The notes beneath the pieces are model-generated. The model ran no database searches and was not told where the DNA came from. It saw only the letters and a list, made by a program, of their open reading frames with translations. Below are positions 40,290-54,689 of a DNA stretch of 64,000 bases, in pieces. A program made the translations under genes and the position numbers. The DNA lies in the NCBI GenBank assembly GCA_030704615.1, contig CM060734.1:1984001-2048000 (forward strand). The letters are read 5' to 3'. Position 1 is the first letter of the stretch. Each line of letters starts with the position of its first letter. The stretch is from Takakia lepidozioides (Eukaryota > Plantae > Bryophyta).

Positions 40290-42867
40290 CTTCCTGTTCC
40301 CAATTATGCAGTTTATAACCTTTGACGCCATCAAGTTCTCATAACCAATAAATTGGGTTCGGACGGACTTGGGCTTAAGTTTCTTCCTAGTGTCATCAGA
40401 CACATGTTCATAAGTTTTATAGCCAAATTTTTTGAGATGACTTAGGTTGGGCTTTTGACCCTTCCAATATTCGTATGGAGTTTTCCCCTGAAGTGTAGAG
40501 GTATGGGATCTGTTTTGCAGATAACATGCCGTAGCAATTGCCTCACCCCAAAAAGTTTTGGGCAATTTTACTGACTCGAGCATGCTTCGGGCAAATTCCA
40601 TCAACATTCTATTTTTTCATTCGGAGACTCCATTTTGCTGGGGTGTGTAAGAGTTGGTAAACTGTCTGCAATGCCATGCACCTCACAAAAGGTATTGAAC
40701 TCGCTAGAAATAAATTCCCCACCATCATCAGACCTAAGGGTTTTTATTGTCCGTCCAGTCTGATTTTCGACTAACGCTTTGTAGGCTTTAAATTTGTCAA
40801 ACACATCTGATTTATTTCGAAGGAAATAAACAATCGCATGTCGAGAATAGTCATCGATGAAGAGTTGCAAAATATCTTGCACCTCCAAGGGATTGTGTTT
40901 GCATTTGGCCACATATGTCTGTATGAACTAGTTCCAATAACATTGTGGTTTTGGAACTTGACTTAGTAGAAAAACTGGTCAAATGATGTTTACCAATTAT
41001 ACACCCTTTACAGAGAGGTATAGTGGTAAGTTTTCCATCCAGACCCATAACCATCTCTGAGCGCTGCATTTGTTTTATTGCATCCAGATGCAAATGCCCT
41101 AACCTATGATGCCATAAGACAGTCTGCAAATTAGGGGCTGGGTCGTCACATAAAGGTTCATATCAGAAGACTCTGTGTTGTGTTTAGGAATACAATGTAC
41201 AAGGCCTACTCCAACAGGATATAGATTGTCCTCTTGCTTACATCGCAGTGTGTTCAAGGATTGACCAGTCTCATCAAGTGATCTGATTAAACAATGATCA
41301 CCGAAAATTCGATACTACCGAGTCCATGACTAGTAGCTTTGCTTACAGAGAGGAGATTTTTGGTCAATCCAGGCACGTGCATGACATTATTGACAAAAGC
41401 AACTTGGCCTATAGGTAATTGTATTGAAACAGAGCCTGCACCCACAATATTGTGTTGTGTATCATCTCCCGTATAAACTGTAATGGGAGAGACACAGGCT
41501 TGTATGACTGAAACTAGTCTCTCCTATAGGTCATGTGTTGGGTTGCTCCTGTATCAAGATACCAAGTATTTTGAAAATTTTGGTTGGGTGTTTCCATAAC
41601 ATCAAAGAGTTGAAATGGAGCCGAAGCTACATTATCTTGAGTAGTGGCAGTATTGGCTTGAGCCTTATACGTTCTCTCTATCTCGTTTGCGTTTTTTGCA
41701 ATTAGGGGATATATGCCCCCTCTGCCCACAGTAATGACAGATTTTGTTTCTATGTGACAGTTGAGCAATGGGATTACTAGGAGAGGCTGCCATCTGAAAA
41801 TTATTATTATAACCTCCATTGGGAGGTCCAAATGGTTTTCTAGTTCCCTTGAACTTGCCTCGTTGTCCAACAAATAAAACTGAAGGTTTACCATTAGAAC
41901 TATCCGTGTGTCTCATAATGGCCTCTTGCAAAACCTTACCAATCAAATCGGCAAAGGTTTGGTTTGCAACACTTCCTAGAGTGGTAATAAATGGCCGCCA
42001 TGAAGGAGGCAACGCTGCAAGAAGCATAGTGACCTGCAGTGCTTCAGGGACTAGCCTTGCAACTGAAGCATCATCTAACGCTCCTTGCCAATTTTCCAAG
42101 AACTCTGTTACAGATTGGGACTCTGAAAGAGTAAGCATCATAATACGTTTATGCATGCCAACTTGGGATGTGTGTTCATAGATAATTTTAGTTTAGCCCA
42201 TACTGCTGTAGAAGTTTTCAGGGATTTTACTAATTGAATCTGACGATCTCCACAATGGAGAATCAATTCGGAGCGTGCTTTGGAATCTTTTATTTTCCAA
42301 GCAGCTTGAAGTGCGGCATCAGCCGCACCGGGTCAGGGTCAGTACCGTCAACCACCCCCCAAAATTCGGATCTCATTAAGAGCATTTCCATTTTGATAGA
42401 CCAAATGGAATAATGGGTACTACTAAGGCAATCAATTTGATACGCCCTTGCTACAAAAAAAGAGGGAGCAGCCATGGGGAATCTGTGTCGTTAGACCAGA
42501 CCTAGCCAATGGCAGAGCGTTTGCTCTTGCCCTTCTAATCCTTAACAACAAATTTCATAAAAATTGAATAAGCACATGGTCCGAGGTCGCAAGATGCGAC
42601 TTACAGTGACCATTCAAGATAAGCAATCTAGTATCAGGCTCTGATACCATGTTCTAAAATACTAGCACTCAAACATTAGTTTAGAGTGAGAGTTATATGA
42701 GTTTGGTTACTCAACTTTATGTATGTAAGAATGAGAGAGAAGAAGACACGACAATGTCTCTTCAACAACTCAACAGTCATACCCTAAAGGGTTGTGACTC
42801 TTCATATAGACGTGTCCATTCTATGGATGTTAACTTACATAATCTAAATGTTGAATTACATCCAACA
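40290..42867 (-). mobile_element. Ty1/Copia 5' half: LTR (42650-42867), tRNA-iMet PBS, gag, protease, GAG-pre-integrase, integrase; RT absent
   Basis: LTR TGTTGG..AACA followed by PBS TGGTATCAGAGCC (42637-42649); YSIWSIKMEMLL, CHYCGQRGHISPNC, WYLDTGATQHM, LWHHRLGH, LELVHTDICG, LRSDDGGEF, FWGEAIATACYLQNR. Confidence 0.95.
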
Positions 42868-42924
42868 TGTTGTATTCATGTTGCTTGTTTCACCAGTGCT
42901 GCATAGAGAACAAAGAACCGAAGA

Positions 42925-43800
42925 AAGAAATGAAATGAAATGATGCTTTATAACATCCACGGAAAGCTCAAAGCTTATAGGACGAGAAAGCATTTAACGC
43001 CTGTTGCAGATATGCTGCCACGTATTTCTGATCCTTGTAGTGATTAACACCTCTGAGAGGAATTGTCTATCTGGGAATAGACAATGGTATCTCCCCCCGG
43101 ATCTCATAGTAGAAAAGACTGAAAGAAAAATGTTCTTCAGGTTCAATTTCCCCCCTGTCAGGTCTAGCACAAGCAGGGCAGAAGCTGTCGGTGTGCTAGC
43201 ACGCTGCAGGTTGGCCCACCTACCAGTCTCTATCCGCAGAATGTGGGAGCCCACCCTAACCTTCCCAATACCAGGGAGATAGGGCTGCATACAGGTAGAT
43301 TCTATCATCAAGGAACCCAATAGAACTGCAGTTTTTGTTGTAAGATTTGACTGGTTTCCAGGTCTGCCTAACATGAAGTTCGATTAGCTTCTGTCTGATT
43401 TGTCTGCTGCGGTCGTGCTTGGATGAAATTTCTAAACCATTGTATTGTGTGGCAGTAGGGAAGCAATGGACAGCCATGGCGTTCAAAGAAGATGGAGTCC
43501 CGAGCATACTAAGACAATTTGAGTCTCATAGGCGTTGCGAGGGCCCAGGCTGGCAGCTATTTCGATGGTAGGGCTCGCAACCTTGTCAGGAAGATGAAGA
43601 TGGCCTCGGTTTCAAGTGATACACAAGTAAATCCAGCATATAAAATCTGTGATGATGTTGTACCTCTATCCCCAAGTCTTCCTCGGAGGAAAGACGATTT
43701 CAGGGGTTCCAGAATTTTCTACCACCAGGTACAGGGACGCCATGGGCCCAAAGGGTTAGGTCCCTAAATCCTAACCCCAGGGGCCTGCGTGCAAACACCA
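42925..43800 (-). mobile_element. 3' end of a LINE (RTE/RTEX/L2-like C-terminus) with microsatellite tail
   Basis: SHILRIETGRW..R motif followed by Cys/His remnants; (CATTT)n tail at ~42925-42945 on the minus strand. Confidence 0.7.
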
Positions 43801-44971
43801 CAAACTTGTGACTTCAGCAGCTCTTCATCGCCAAAGTCTTATTCAGGAACTCCAGAGTAGGATTTCCATCCCTCTCAAGCGTAGTGGACTGAGTGTAATA
43901 GCAACATGTACCACATCTTTGGGAGATTTGGGGCTACAAAGGTTCATATAACAAAGGTAGGGTGGAAGAATGGGAAATGGAAGGGATGCAACCTGATATA
44001 GAGTACGACCATATCAGCATGCTCAATTCCTTGCACCTGAACTGTCACTGGGTAGGCCCGGGGCTAAGTTTCCATATATGCATCTCTCTCTAACAAGGGG
44101 GCTCATCTGTAGAGGCAAATGTAGCTCCTTGGCCATCTAGCTTTCAGGATGCTCACAGGAACAAACCACCTTCGGGATTGTCGTGAAAGCCTACTCAAGT
44201 AATTCAACACTGACAATGGCAAAGTATGGCAGCAAAGTGCACGAAGTTGGTTGAGCATGCAACACCACGAGCAAGGATATGACATGAACAACACAAGCAC
44301 AAGCAGCAGCGTGAATATCCGAACTACACGGCAGCACTATCAAATAGTCCACACTCATTGACTGCATTCGTAAGGGAACTTGCAGATATTCGATGTATGT
44401 CAAACGAACAGGCCACGATGAAGCAGATTTGCCAGACAGGAAACCGACCACACCTTTACTCACAATTTGGTTTTGTAAATAGCCGAGGCTGATGACTGAA
44501 ACCAACCAGCTCTTAAGTTTTTTTTCTTATGAAACCAACTTCTATTGTTGAGTCGAAAATGGACATCTCTTACCGACCATCCTTGGTCCAGATAGACTTC
44601 TTCGATTGTACATTCAAATAAGGTGTGTGTATCAGGGTGATGAAGAAGAGTACGTAGTCACTTGAACATCAACATTCCGCCTTTTCCTACTTATAAGCTA
44701 TAACTTTAAACAGTACTAGCACTGCTTTGATACTATACAAGTTCTATACAGGGCAGTTGCCGTCGTCACGACCTCATCAACACTGTACGGGTGAAACGGC
44801 GGCGTTACTTTGTCGTGGAGTAAAGCTCCCCAACGAGAGTCCAACGCATTTTCACATACTGACATAAGCGTTGGTCTCCTCCAGCTCACTGAAGGTTCTC
44901 AAACCTGCATGCCCATCTTACGCAAACCTTCGCGATAGGTCCTCAAGGGCCAGAGCGCCCCGGTTCTTGAT

Positions 44972-46819
44972 TCAACGCCACTGCGACTTTGTGTCTTGAC
45001 TGTACATCCTGCAGCAAGCATGGAGCAGAAGCACAGGCAGAGGGCCAAATTACTCAAGAGAATATACTATCCAGGCACCAGCATGGAGACAACAATAGTC
45101 AAGGTTGAGAGAGGTTCGTGAGGTGCAAGGCTCCCTATTTTAGCACAGCACAGGCACTCTTTGATTAGGCCCTGTATGGCTGCCCTTGCACAGACGGCGC
45201 CAAAGAGGGAAAGAAAGAATTTGAAGCTCCTAAATGGCGCTACGCAGACACTGCTGCGTATAACCGCCGCATGTGAAAGCAGAGCGCCCTGATCCCAATG
45301 GATGGCCCTCTTCTCGTCACTTGTCCAGGGCAGTGATCACTACCCTGCACACGCATTCATCCCAAGCACAATTACCCCGCCTAACCCTCTCAGAGCTTTG
45401 TCCTTGCAGTGCATCGGCATGAGTCTCAATGGACTCTTCGCCCGATGGTGCATCAGATGAATAGTGTACGAACAATTGAATAAAGATCCCCACTGTACTT
45501 GCAACAGTTCATTATTTACGGTGTACACAGGTTTTCACACGAACCAGAACCTTACTGCATGCAACAGAGTACATGAATTGAGCTGTTCAAAAGTGAACAC
45601 TACTTCCGAAGCTAAGTGTTACAACTTACCAGTCATAAATCGTCGGAGAATTCGGCTGTGCTTTGTCGAACTTGTCTGAGCCTACGGCCTTCATATCTTT
45701 GTTGCTTCCTGGTTGAAAGACACTCCGCCAGACGTTGTGTTTCGCTCTTCTGACTGCACAAAACCGAAGACAAAACTGAGGATTTTGGTATCCGCAAGCA
45801 GGAAAGCCTATTATCAGGTATATTGAGAAATTCTGGCTGCACATGTATAAGTTCATGGATTGACATCATTTACAACAAGAATATGTTACAGTGAGTTGCA
45901 AATCGTCAACGAAATAATATTCCAAACTATTATGAAGTACACTAGTATGTATACCCCGACAACAACTCTCGAAGGAATCTCAGGAGCCACACCTTCGATA
46001 ACCAGACATCACAACCAAACTGTATCAACAACTAAAAGTTCTACACGCGGAAATGCGACCAGGTGGAAGAAGTAACTTGGGAAAAAGACACTCACGACTA
46101 GGAGAGGCGACCGACGGAGAGATGGGAGGGCTAGATCCGAAACTTCCAGGAGATGATAGTGGAGATTCGGTATCCAAGGAACTCAAAATAGGAGGCTTCT
46201 TAATCTCTATACTTTCTGTCAAACGACGGGCCTCATTTTGGGAGTTCTGGAATTCTCCACTGAGGCGGCGATCCATCGATCTTTTCGCCGCATCTGCAAC
46301 AGATTAACGCAAGAGTTATAAGTGATCGGTATGTAAGATCTCTGCAGGCCAAAAGATCCAAATTCTAGGAATGTGCTCTTGATCCTTTGAGTCTATCTTA
46401 ACGTGCACATAGTACTTCCAGTCGGGTCCATTGGTCCCAAAATGTCGAACCTGTCAAAGCACATAAGACACACGCAACATATTCTGTAAAGCTGGTCGTA
46501 GGAACTAAAAATACCGCAAAGTGCCTCAACAAATTGCATTGTTCGAGACAAAACTTGTCACAACAAGTAATCAACCCGAGTGGACTCTGACCCAACTGAC
46601 CTTCGTGGTCCAGTCTAAGTGAGAACGTATCCTCGCTCGATCAAGAAACTACAGAACTCAGACACGCAAAGAGGATTAGCTGGAATCAGTACCGTCTGAC
46701 AAAGACGTAACATCAGCAGGCAGAGTGACACTTTTCCTAAGCTTCGTCAGGCCGCTCAAGCCATCCTCAGGCTTGGGACCTGCAACAACATCGTCCCAGA
46801 GCTTGTCAAGCAGCCCCAT
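44972..46819 (-). CDS. DRM1: Dormancy-associated/auxin-repressed protein (DRM1/ARP family); exons 46819-46693, 46293-46096, 45753-45630, 45008-44972
   Basis: MGLLDKLWDDVVAGPKP..KLRK; NVWRSVFQPG..KFDKAQPNSPTIYDWMYSQDTKSQWR*. GT-AG introns join in frame. Confidence 0.93.
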
Positions 46820-49217
46820 TCTGCAACAACAACAACAACACGCAGCTTGCGCCTTCAAATCCTTTGGCAAGAAGCGAGTACGAGGAAGAGGGCAGAGTAG
46901 GAAAGATAAGTATCGCACCTCGTCTAGTATGGCCTTCCGTTTTACCGCCATAATCTACTTCGGTAAGATAATGCCACAGGTATTGCAGGAGTAACTTGAG
47001 CCGGACGTTCCGGTATCCTACCGATAGTCCCCGTAGCCAAGATCACGAGGGCGGCGCGGCTGCTCCAACCAACGGGGAGAACCGGCAGCTAGTTACATGC
47101 TAGCCGACTGATTCCGAGGATTTCCGAGTGAAAATTGAAACCTTCGGAAATTTACCGAGTATGTTCACATAGGAAATTGACTATTGCAGTTACCATTAAG
47201 GGGAAGCAACCGACTCCCCAACCCACTTAGCCGGTTGGTTCTCAGAATGAGGGGCCATTGGCTGGTTCAACTGAAATTATATCCCGGACGCTGGGCTGCT
47301 CCATTCCGGTACCCGAACGTAACTCGGCCATCCCCAGCACCGATTACATCCCGTTCCCGGTCACCATATCAACCCTATCACGCTAGATCTAACGGCTGTC
47401 GGCATAGGCGACGGCATGGAGCCGGCTTCCCGGGCGCCAGCACCGTGCACGGGTTGCTGTACCAGGAAACTCGCCGGGGGGCTTCGTGGCCAGCAGTTGT
47501 GTGTTCGAATACCGACCAGATCCAGAAGTTTGGCAGTACCACAATCTTTTGGTCCACAAATTGAACATGGATCACCGCTGTTTGTCACGACTTGCCTCGA
47601 TCGATTATTCTTCATTTTCCCGGCGGGTAGATATTATTCTTTGCATGCTGTAAAAATGACAAACGGAGGTAGGGTATGCGTCACGGGGCATGGGCTCGCC
47701 CTTGCCGCGTCACCACCAACGCCCGTTCTCGCGCCCCGTGGCATCCCGTAAAGCTGGGAGCTTGTTTACGCTAAAAATACCGAAGTTTCCGTACTGCAGT
47801 CCGATCGAGAAGATCTGACGCTTTTGGCGAGGTAGGAGTTCCTTTACGTCGTACGTACACTAAAGGCACGACTGGATACAGTATTTAAGTTTCTTTCGAC
47901 GTGAAGGTCCTTGTTGGTAAGATTAAGGGCCGGGTTCCGTGGGCACTCGCAAACGCCCCCCAAGCAAGCGCCCCCTCGGAGGGAATCGCCCCTTAATAAG
48001 TTTTGGATGAAAATATCACAAATCATTCTATCTCTTAAAATTTAACTTTAAGTTTGGATGGAAAATCAGTCCGTAAGTCTGCGGGCCCAGCTATAGGAAA
48101 AGACAAAGGTGTCAGTTAGGGGCAATGCCCCGTAACTCATGGGCCCTTGTGAAGGGACGACTTTTTTTGTACCAAGCCCAAGGGTCCAATGTCATCCAAG
48201 TCAGAATGCATTTTTTTTCCGCAGACCCTACGACCAGATTTGAACCGGAGACCTTTCCCCTTGTATCTCTCCTCTCGAGGCTCCAACTTTTCGGGAATTT
48301 CCAACTACCCAAAGTACTTCAAATTCCACATCTCCCACACTGCAGGTCCAAAAATCATGAGACCAAGCCCATGCACCCCTCCTCATTGAGGGTTTTCCAA
48401 TGGTACCAAGCACCAGGGCTGGGGCCTTGCGGTTAGGGACATCTCAAATCTACAAAACAAAACAAAACAAAACAAAACGTCTCGCTTCATACATTGATTC
48501 CATGGGGGCGCCCCTTAGGGTATATGCTATTTGGACCAATAGCGCCTCACTAATCCTGGGGCGATTCATGGGGGGACGCTTGCAGCTGCCCATGGAACCC
48601 GGCTCTATATTTACTGTGTAGCATGTAGACAAGGAGGGGAAAATTTCTGAAAGACATTGATTGATAGTAAACAAGAACAAGGACATCATCTTCATCATGA
48701 AAGGTGAGGAGCATCAGAAAATTTTGACTAAAAATTTTCTCAGGAGTAGGATCTTGCTGGCACATGTGCTCAGCCGCAAATGTGGTCTCAACTCAAATAA
48801 GCCTAAGATTGAACTGAGTCTGATCAGCAAACAGCCTAAGAACTGCCTTTCTGGATAGAAAGATGCGAATGAGTTGAAAACTCTTATACCTCTGCGCGTC
48901 GATACTGATGAGCTACTCCATAGATAACATCATACTGAGTCAGATGTGATCTAGCAATGGGTTCTGAAGCAACTGGTGCGAGTGCGAGTCGTACTTTTCC
49001 TGGAAAGATTTTGCGTACTGGTTTCTTGCGCTAGCAGTAAATTGACTCCTCGCAAGGTGCATACTGGAGCCCTGTCATGTTGCTCGCTAGGGTGCAAAAA
49101 GAAGAGGAACTGGTGCTGAACTGGTGCAGACACCTTAGGCCTTACGAGCAGCAAGCGCTTTGTAAGTTTTGTCACTACTAACAAAATTCGGAGTCACTGA
49201 TTGACTGCTCAACAACG

Positions 49218-52200
49218 TCAGCTCCGATGGTCAGCCCCTACAGCATCACCAGCTGACTTGAAGCCGTCACGCTCCAGACATTCAGCCAACTCAGCCTGCA
49301 TCCCCAAGCTCATGCAGATAAAACAAAGTTCTCTTTCCAGATACTATAATAGCAGAACGTTGCACAACATGCAGTTAGGGACACTCACTTGTTCTAGCAT
49401 AACCAAGTGAGAAAACTTGAACTACACTGAAACTCTTACATGATTTTTTATCTTTGTGACCTGGACACATACCTTGATGCGTGGCAAAATGGCTGGGCCT
49501 TCAAAAGCAAATGCAGTGTACAGCTGCACCAAGGAGGCACCGGCCCGTATCTTCAAGTATGCATCCTCCCCACTGTCACCATTTCATAAGCAAGCACCAT
49601 CAACTTAAAAGTACCCACTGCCTGTAGATTCTGGCCTGAAGTGCCAGAGGGTGCCAGTTTCTTAAAATGAAACTTCATCATCATCAACAGATTTGGCTTG
49701 TTGACTTATGGAACAGCTCCTGTTGAAGGAGGGTAACACAGGTCTATTACTTTCTACAAATCCAGCCTTCTCATTTACCAGCTGAAAATGGTCTGAGCTG
49801 ATGCAAACACGAGTCAGGCAGAGCAGGTTTCCTCGGCCTGGTTGAAACAATAGACCTGGCTCCAGGTGGTATTAAGTCAGAAACTTTGATGATCTTCCCC
49901 ACATCTGCAGCATATGGGGACCCTTACATAAGTTTCTAGATTGAGCATGAAAAAGGAAGTGAATCACAGACTCTTTTGTTAATCCAAAATTTGGATGAGA
50001 AATACCTGAAAATGCCTCCGACACCTATCAGTGGAATCTTTCCCTGTTCATGACAGCAATACACAACGCCATACATGATGAGAGGCCAAACACAGTGGGG
50101 CCTTGCTGAGAAGACATGGACCATAGAATCTTTCATGCTTCATTGCATGCCAGTCTGGGTTTGTTCCGAACGGTGAACAACTGGTTGCTTTGACCATTAT
50201 CTGCAAGCAAGTTGAAAACAATGCATAGGCCCTACCTTATAAATTGAAGCTGGAAAAAGACCCTGGACAGTGTCAAGAAACTCCCAAAACTGACGACGTG
50301 ATACGGTCACTTCATAGCCAAGCCTGGTTGCTGACGAGTATCTGGAAGCACCATGCAAACGCTACCTATGGATTAGGGCTGAAAAAAGATCCCGACAGTC
50401 TGGAAACTCACAGAACTGACAAGACAAACATACCCTTGTGAGCTGATACATGTCTCTCAGAACTTCGGTAGACAATTTAGAGAGCGGTTTTCCACTAAGC
50501 CCACCAATCTCCTCAGCATGTACCACACCCAGCACGGCATCTGGTCTTGCTGTTGTTGTGTTGGATATCACCTGCAATTCCATCTCCACCTTATTAAAAT
50601 CCCTGTGCGACAAGGATGTTTACACAGCACGATATTTACATCATTTAACACAAGCATAAAACAGTTGTTCGCATTCTACTTGTTGGACTAGGTAGTCAGG
50701 CCATAGTAACCTTTTGACCTTCAGTCCACGAATGATAGCACCAAACGTTCACTGTGCCTCAAAAGACTCAAAGCTCTATTTCTGGGAGGGTTTATTTCTA
50801 CAAGTAGCACAGGAATATATCTGAGTATATTTTCCTCTTTCCCCAATAGGTTGTGACAAGCTATAATTAGAGCTGTAATTAGACGAGGACATGTCCCACC
50901 CGAGAAATGGGTCAATATAAAGCAGTATATTACACACAAACACTGGAGACCACGATCTTACCAGCCCATCCAGCCGTAATGTCAGAGCCACCTGCACATA
51001 ATGAAGAGGCAAACACAGCAAGCCAAAGATTAAATAGTGTGACAAGCTTTACGACAAAAGCAGGCAACTCTATATATGAAGCTGGCAAACACGCAACAAC
51101 TCTGCCCTTTTGGAAGAATGGCAATACTGAGACTTGGCCATTTTTTGGAGAATAAAAGAGAGGATTGCAAGTCGTGAATCTAGTACTGTAAGGCATATAC
51201 CGCAGCAATGTCAGAAAGGTCCTGCTTTGACAAATCTGGGGCAATCTTCACTAATAGTGGAGGGGGTCCTTCTTCTCCCCACTGCATTTCATCCCGGGCA
51301 GCCAAAACCTGTAATATATAGAGAGAGCCACAAGAGGAAGTCAGACATGCAGTATCCACAACAGCTGCCATAAGACAGGAGATTAGAACAGCCACTTACA
51401 GCTAGTCATTTCGTAGACTTCAAACAGCATTTGAGAGAGTTGCTGGAAGGCATGGAAGCCCTGCATCCAAGTAGAACTCTCTCGAGGGTACAAACATTTA
51501 TTTCCAGATAGTAGTAAGTACACCTCATCCTGCTAGCATACTGCAAAGTACCTATTTTGAAAGACAATAGAAGCCTGAGACACACCTTTTTTATGAGATC
51601 CTGAAGCTGTTTTCTCCCCTGTAGCTTGCGCAATCCTGGAGTATTAGGAGACGAAATGTTTATAACCTACATGTACTCCCCCAACCCAACCAGGCCTCTA
51701 TTCAGCACAACAGGCAGATGCACATGCAGATGACCCAACAGCTAGATGGACACTATCTGTATGAAGATCACAGATGTAAAATTCTTGTTCAGATTGTCAA
51801 CCAGAAACCTTTATCTGAAAATCCTCAAAAGAAAGCTTAGAAGAGGTAGCAAATGACTTATGGGCCAGATGCAACACACCATGTAGTCGGCATATTGTGA
51901 CAGCGTGTGCACTCCTTGCACATAATCAGCAGCTGCATCTTCACTAGTTTTGTTCTTCCCCAGGTTAACTCCCAACATGCCTGGCCCTGCTTTCCCCCCT
52001 AGCCGGGTTTCCATTTGTGAATCTGAGGAAGGTTCCATGGTTGACTCTGCAAGCCTTCGCTTCCCATGCTGTGCCCCAAGCCGCTTTGCCACAGCTACAA
52101 TACCTTCACTGTTGAAACCGTAGCGATTGATTATGGCCCTAAATCATTGAAAAATACACCCGAATGGTTAGATTTGAGGAGTTTACCAACTGTCATAATT

Positions 52201-54234
52201 GCCGAAGCTCACTTAACATGTGAAGGAGCTTTAGACACAAAATTGGTAGGCTGCTAACTCTAGGAAAATAACGTGGAGATATTTTTCAAACCAGGGTTCA
52301 GATTTTGCTCTCTCAATAGATGGACACTGATCAACAGTTTTTACAGAATTGGGCTTACATCTCTGATAAAAAACCGGACAGGCATAGCCCTCGTTTGCAT
52401 TTCATGCAGGGTGAGCTAGAATGTCATGAGCAGTTAGCAGTTGGCTCCTATTGTAGCATGTTAGCCTATGTACGTTATTGGTTTTGAAATGCATGAGTTC
52501 ATTTAGACCTGTAGGCAAAGGAAAGGTACATGGAGTTCATACATCGAACTCCAGATCCACCCGTGCCATATGATTGCAATGCCACACTTGGCATAGGCTG
52601 AGCCTGCCACCTTACACTAGTAGGAATCCTGGATTTTACGGGTCATTTTACGACTGGAAACCCACTCTCTGAAGGAACTAGGAAGAAAGCCAAAGATTTA
52701 GGCATCCAAACAACAAGAGCAATAAGGGTTGCAGATTGAGAAAAAAGTAGAAACATACTTGCTTACCCCTGTTCCTGCAAACGGAAAACGCGAGGCTTTG
52801 GATTTCCCTCCTGCGGCACCGGAGTAACGGAGCCCACCTCCATAAAGCCAAATCCTAGTCCTAGCAACCCCTCTACTGCCTCTGCATTCTTGTCAAACCC
52901 TGCCGCCAGTCCCACAGGATTGGCAAACATGCGGCCCCACACCTCAATCTGCAAAATATAGGGGTCCGGTCTCATCTCCCGAGGAACTAGACCGTGTGCT
53001 GCTGCCCATATTGCTAGCCTGTGCGCATCCTCTGCCTCAAGCAATCTAAAAAGTGGGTTCAGCAGATCAACCGCCTGAAATGCCCATGTACTGCAAAGCA
53101 ATGGAACCTCAGTCAGGTCCTCATTAAACCTGTAGTGACAGATGAGACCAGCTGGAATTCTTCAACTTATCACATGCAAGGCTTAACTTGTTTTTCACTC
53201 ACCCTTTTCTCAGCTCCGCTGGCAGGGAGGATATCCTCTAGCAGGAGAGATAAAACCCTGGAAGAGTAGTTGATTCTAAGGGGCACAATTGCTACTTAAA
53301 GGCATACACCCCAGAGGCCTCAAAACCCTAATCCAGACTCAGACCATTGCTGACCAGTAAATACGGCCCTGAAAGCCCGGTCTGATGACCACTTAAAAAT
53401 GTAATAGACAAGAACAAAAATGTCTACTGCTTCATCTTGACATCCAAACCTGATCGTAGCCTCATCAGAGGTGCCCACATATGCCCCAGCCGCAATAACT
53501 GATCCTAGGACTGTCCCTGTCAGCAATCGCCTCTGCCAACCAAAGCATAGTCTTAGTTCACGGATAGGTTATCACTAGGCCGTGTAGGGAAGAAGGTCAA
53601 GCTTCAACTGCCAAGAGGGCCTATTTAACATGCTGGAGACTGAGAAAAGGCAAGGCAAGTACCAAACAGGTCATTTTTTTAATGGGTTCCACGGAAAAGA
53701 TTCCTGTGTAATGAAAGCTGAGAGCTGAGAGTCAAGAAGCTCCTTTTTCTCTCACGGAATGGACTTCAGTGCACATAAGAGATACGCAATCCAAACCTCA
53801 ACGCTATGTTTCATGTCTCTCTCCAAATTTCTATCATAACTGAAGCCAAAATATAGGGGGTTTTCGCTCTTGGCGCTTACTTAACAAAGCAGAAATTAAA
53901 ATTTCCATAATATCGCATCAAAGGAGTATGTCTCTCTGTGGCAGACTGTGTTCGTCAGCTCCGTTTATTGCAAAATTCCAGCTTGGAAGGAAAAGGTTCT
54001 GCCGAGCAAGCAACTTAAGAGCCACAGGGTGAAGTGGAATACAGCCCACCCAGCGAGGATCACAAGAGTGATAGTGCCAGAATAAAATCATACCCAAGTG
54101 AGGCGAGACTTGGGAGGTAACTGAGAATGTGATGATGAAGGCGTGTGTATGCCTGCAATCCGACGTCCTCGCCCCCTAGCTGCTGCTTGCCATACATCCC
54201 CTGATCGACGCAAGCGGGCTGCCACACCCGCCAT
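49218..54234 (-). CDS. DHODH: Dihydroorotate dehydrogenase (quinone), class 2, mitochondrial; 11 exons: 54234-54094, 53532-53450, 53090-52767, 52138-51880, 51666-51586, 51308-51201, 50991-50962, 50571-50434, 50043-50006, 49572-49473, 49295-49218
   Basis: [64 protein letters not shown] (catalytic Ser), [32 protein letters not shown]. Arg-rich N-terminal targeting peptide plus transmembrane helix. All introns are GT-AG and in phase. Confidence 0.96.
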
Positions 54235-54689
54235 ATCTCTTTTCTCCAGCTACTGCGCTCTGCCCTGTCCTACACTTGCCATACAACCTCCCCTTTTCTC
54301 TCTGCCTCTTTACCCCTCCCTGTGTCACTTCTTCTGCGGGAGTGTTCTTGCTTCAAGTTCGGAGGGTGTGGTGGCATATCCCACCGTGTGGGTTCTTTTT
54401 TTTTTTCTTTTTTTTTTCTCGAGGCATCTTCAGGGTAGGAATGAACCCTAATTGCACCAAATTTTCTAGGAGTAAATACGTAAATACCCGTGCCAGCCTT
54501 TCAAATAACATTGTTCCTTTACATAAAGCAAAGGCAACAACACAAATCTTGCTCTCCATTATGGATTGGGACTACCCGGGCTGCATGCGTAGCCCGGTCT
54601 ATTTTCTACTCACAGTTCGCTGGAATCTCCAACACGGTTCCATGTGTCAGGCCTCATGGCAATATGTAAGGGTTTAAAGTTCCCCAGCA

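Noticed and set aside
46820-46951. N-terminal extension of DRM1 with poly-Cys (ORF 46676..46951)
   Set aside because: The poly-Cys arises from a (TGT)n tract before a CAG acceptor of a probable 5'-UTR intron; the family starts at MGLLDKLW.
47000-49200. Short ORFs between DRM1 and DHODH
   Set aside because: No recognisable domains; best explained as DRM1 promoter/5' UTR and DHODH 3' region.
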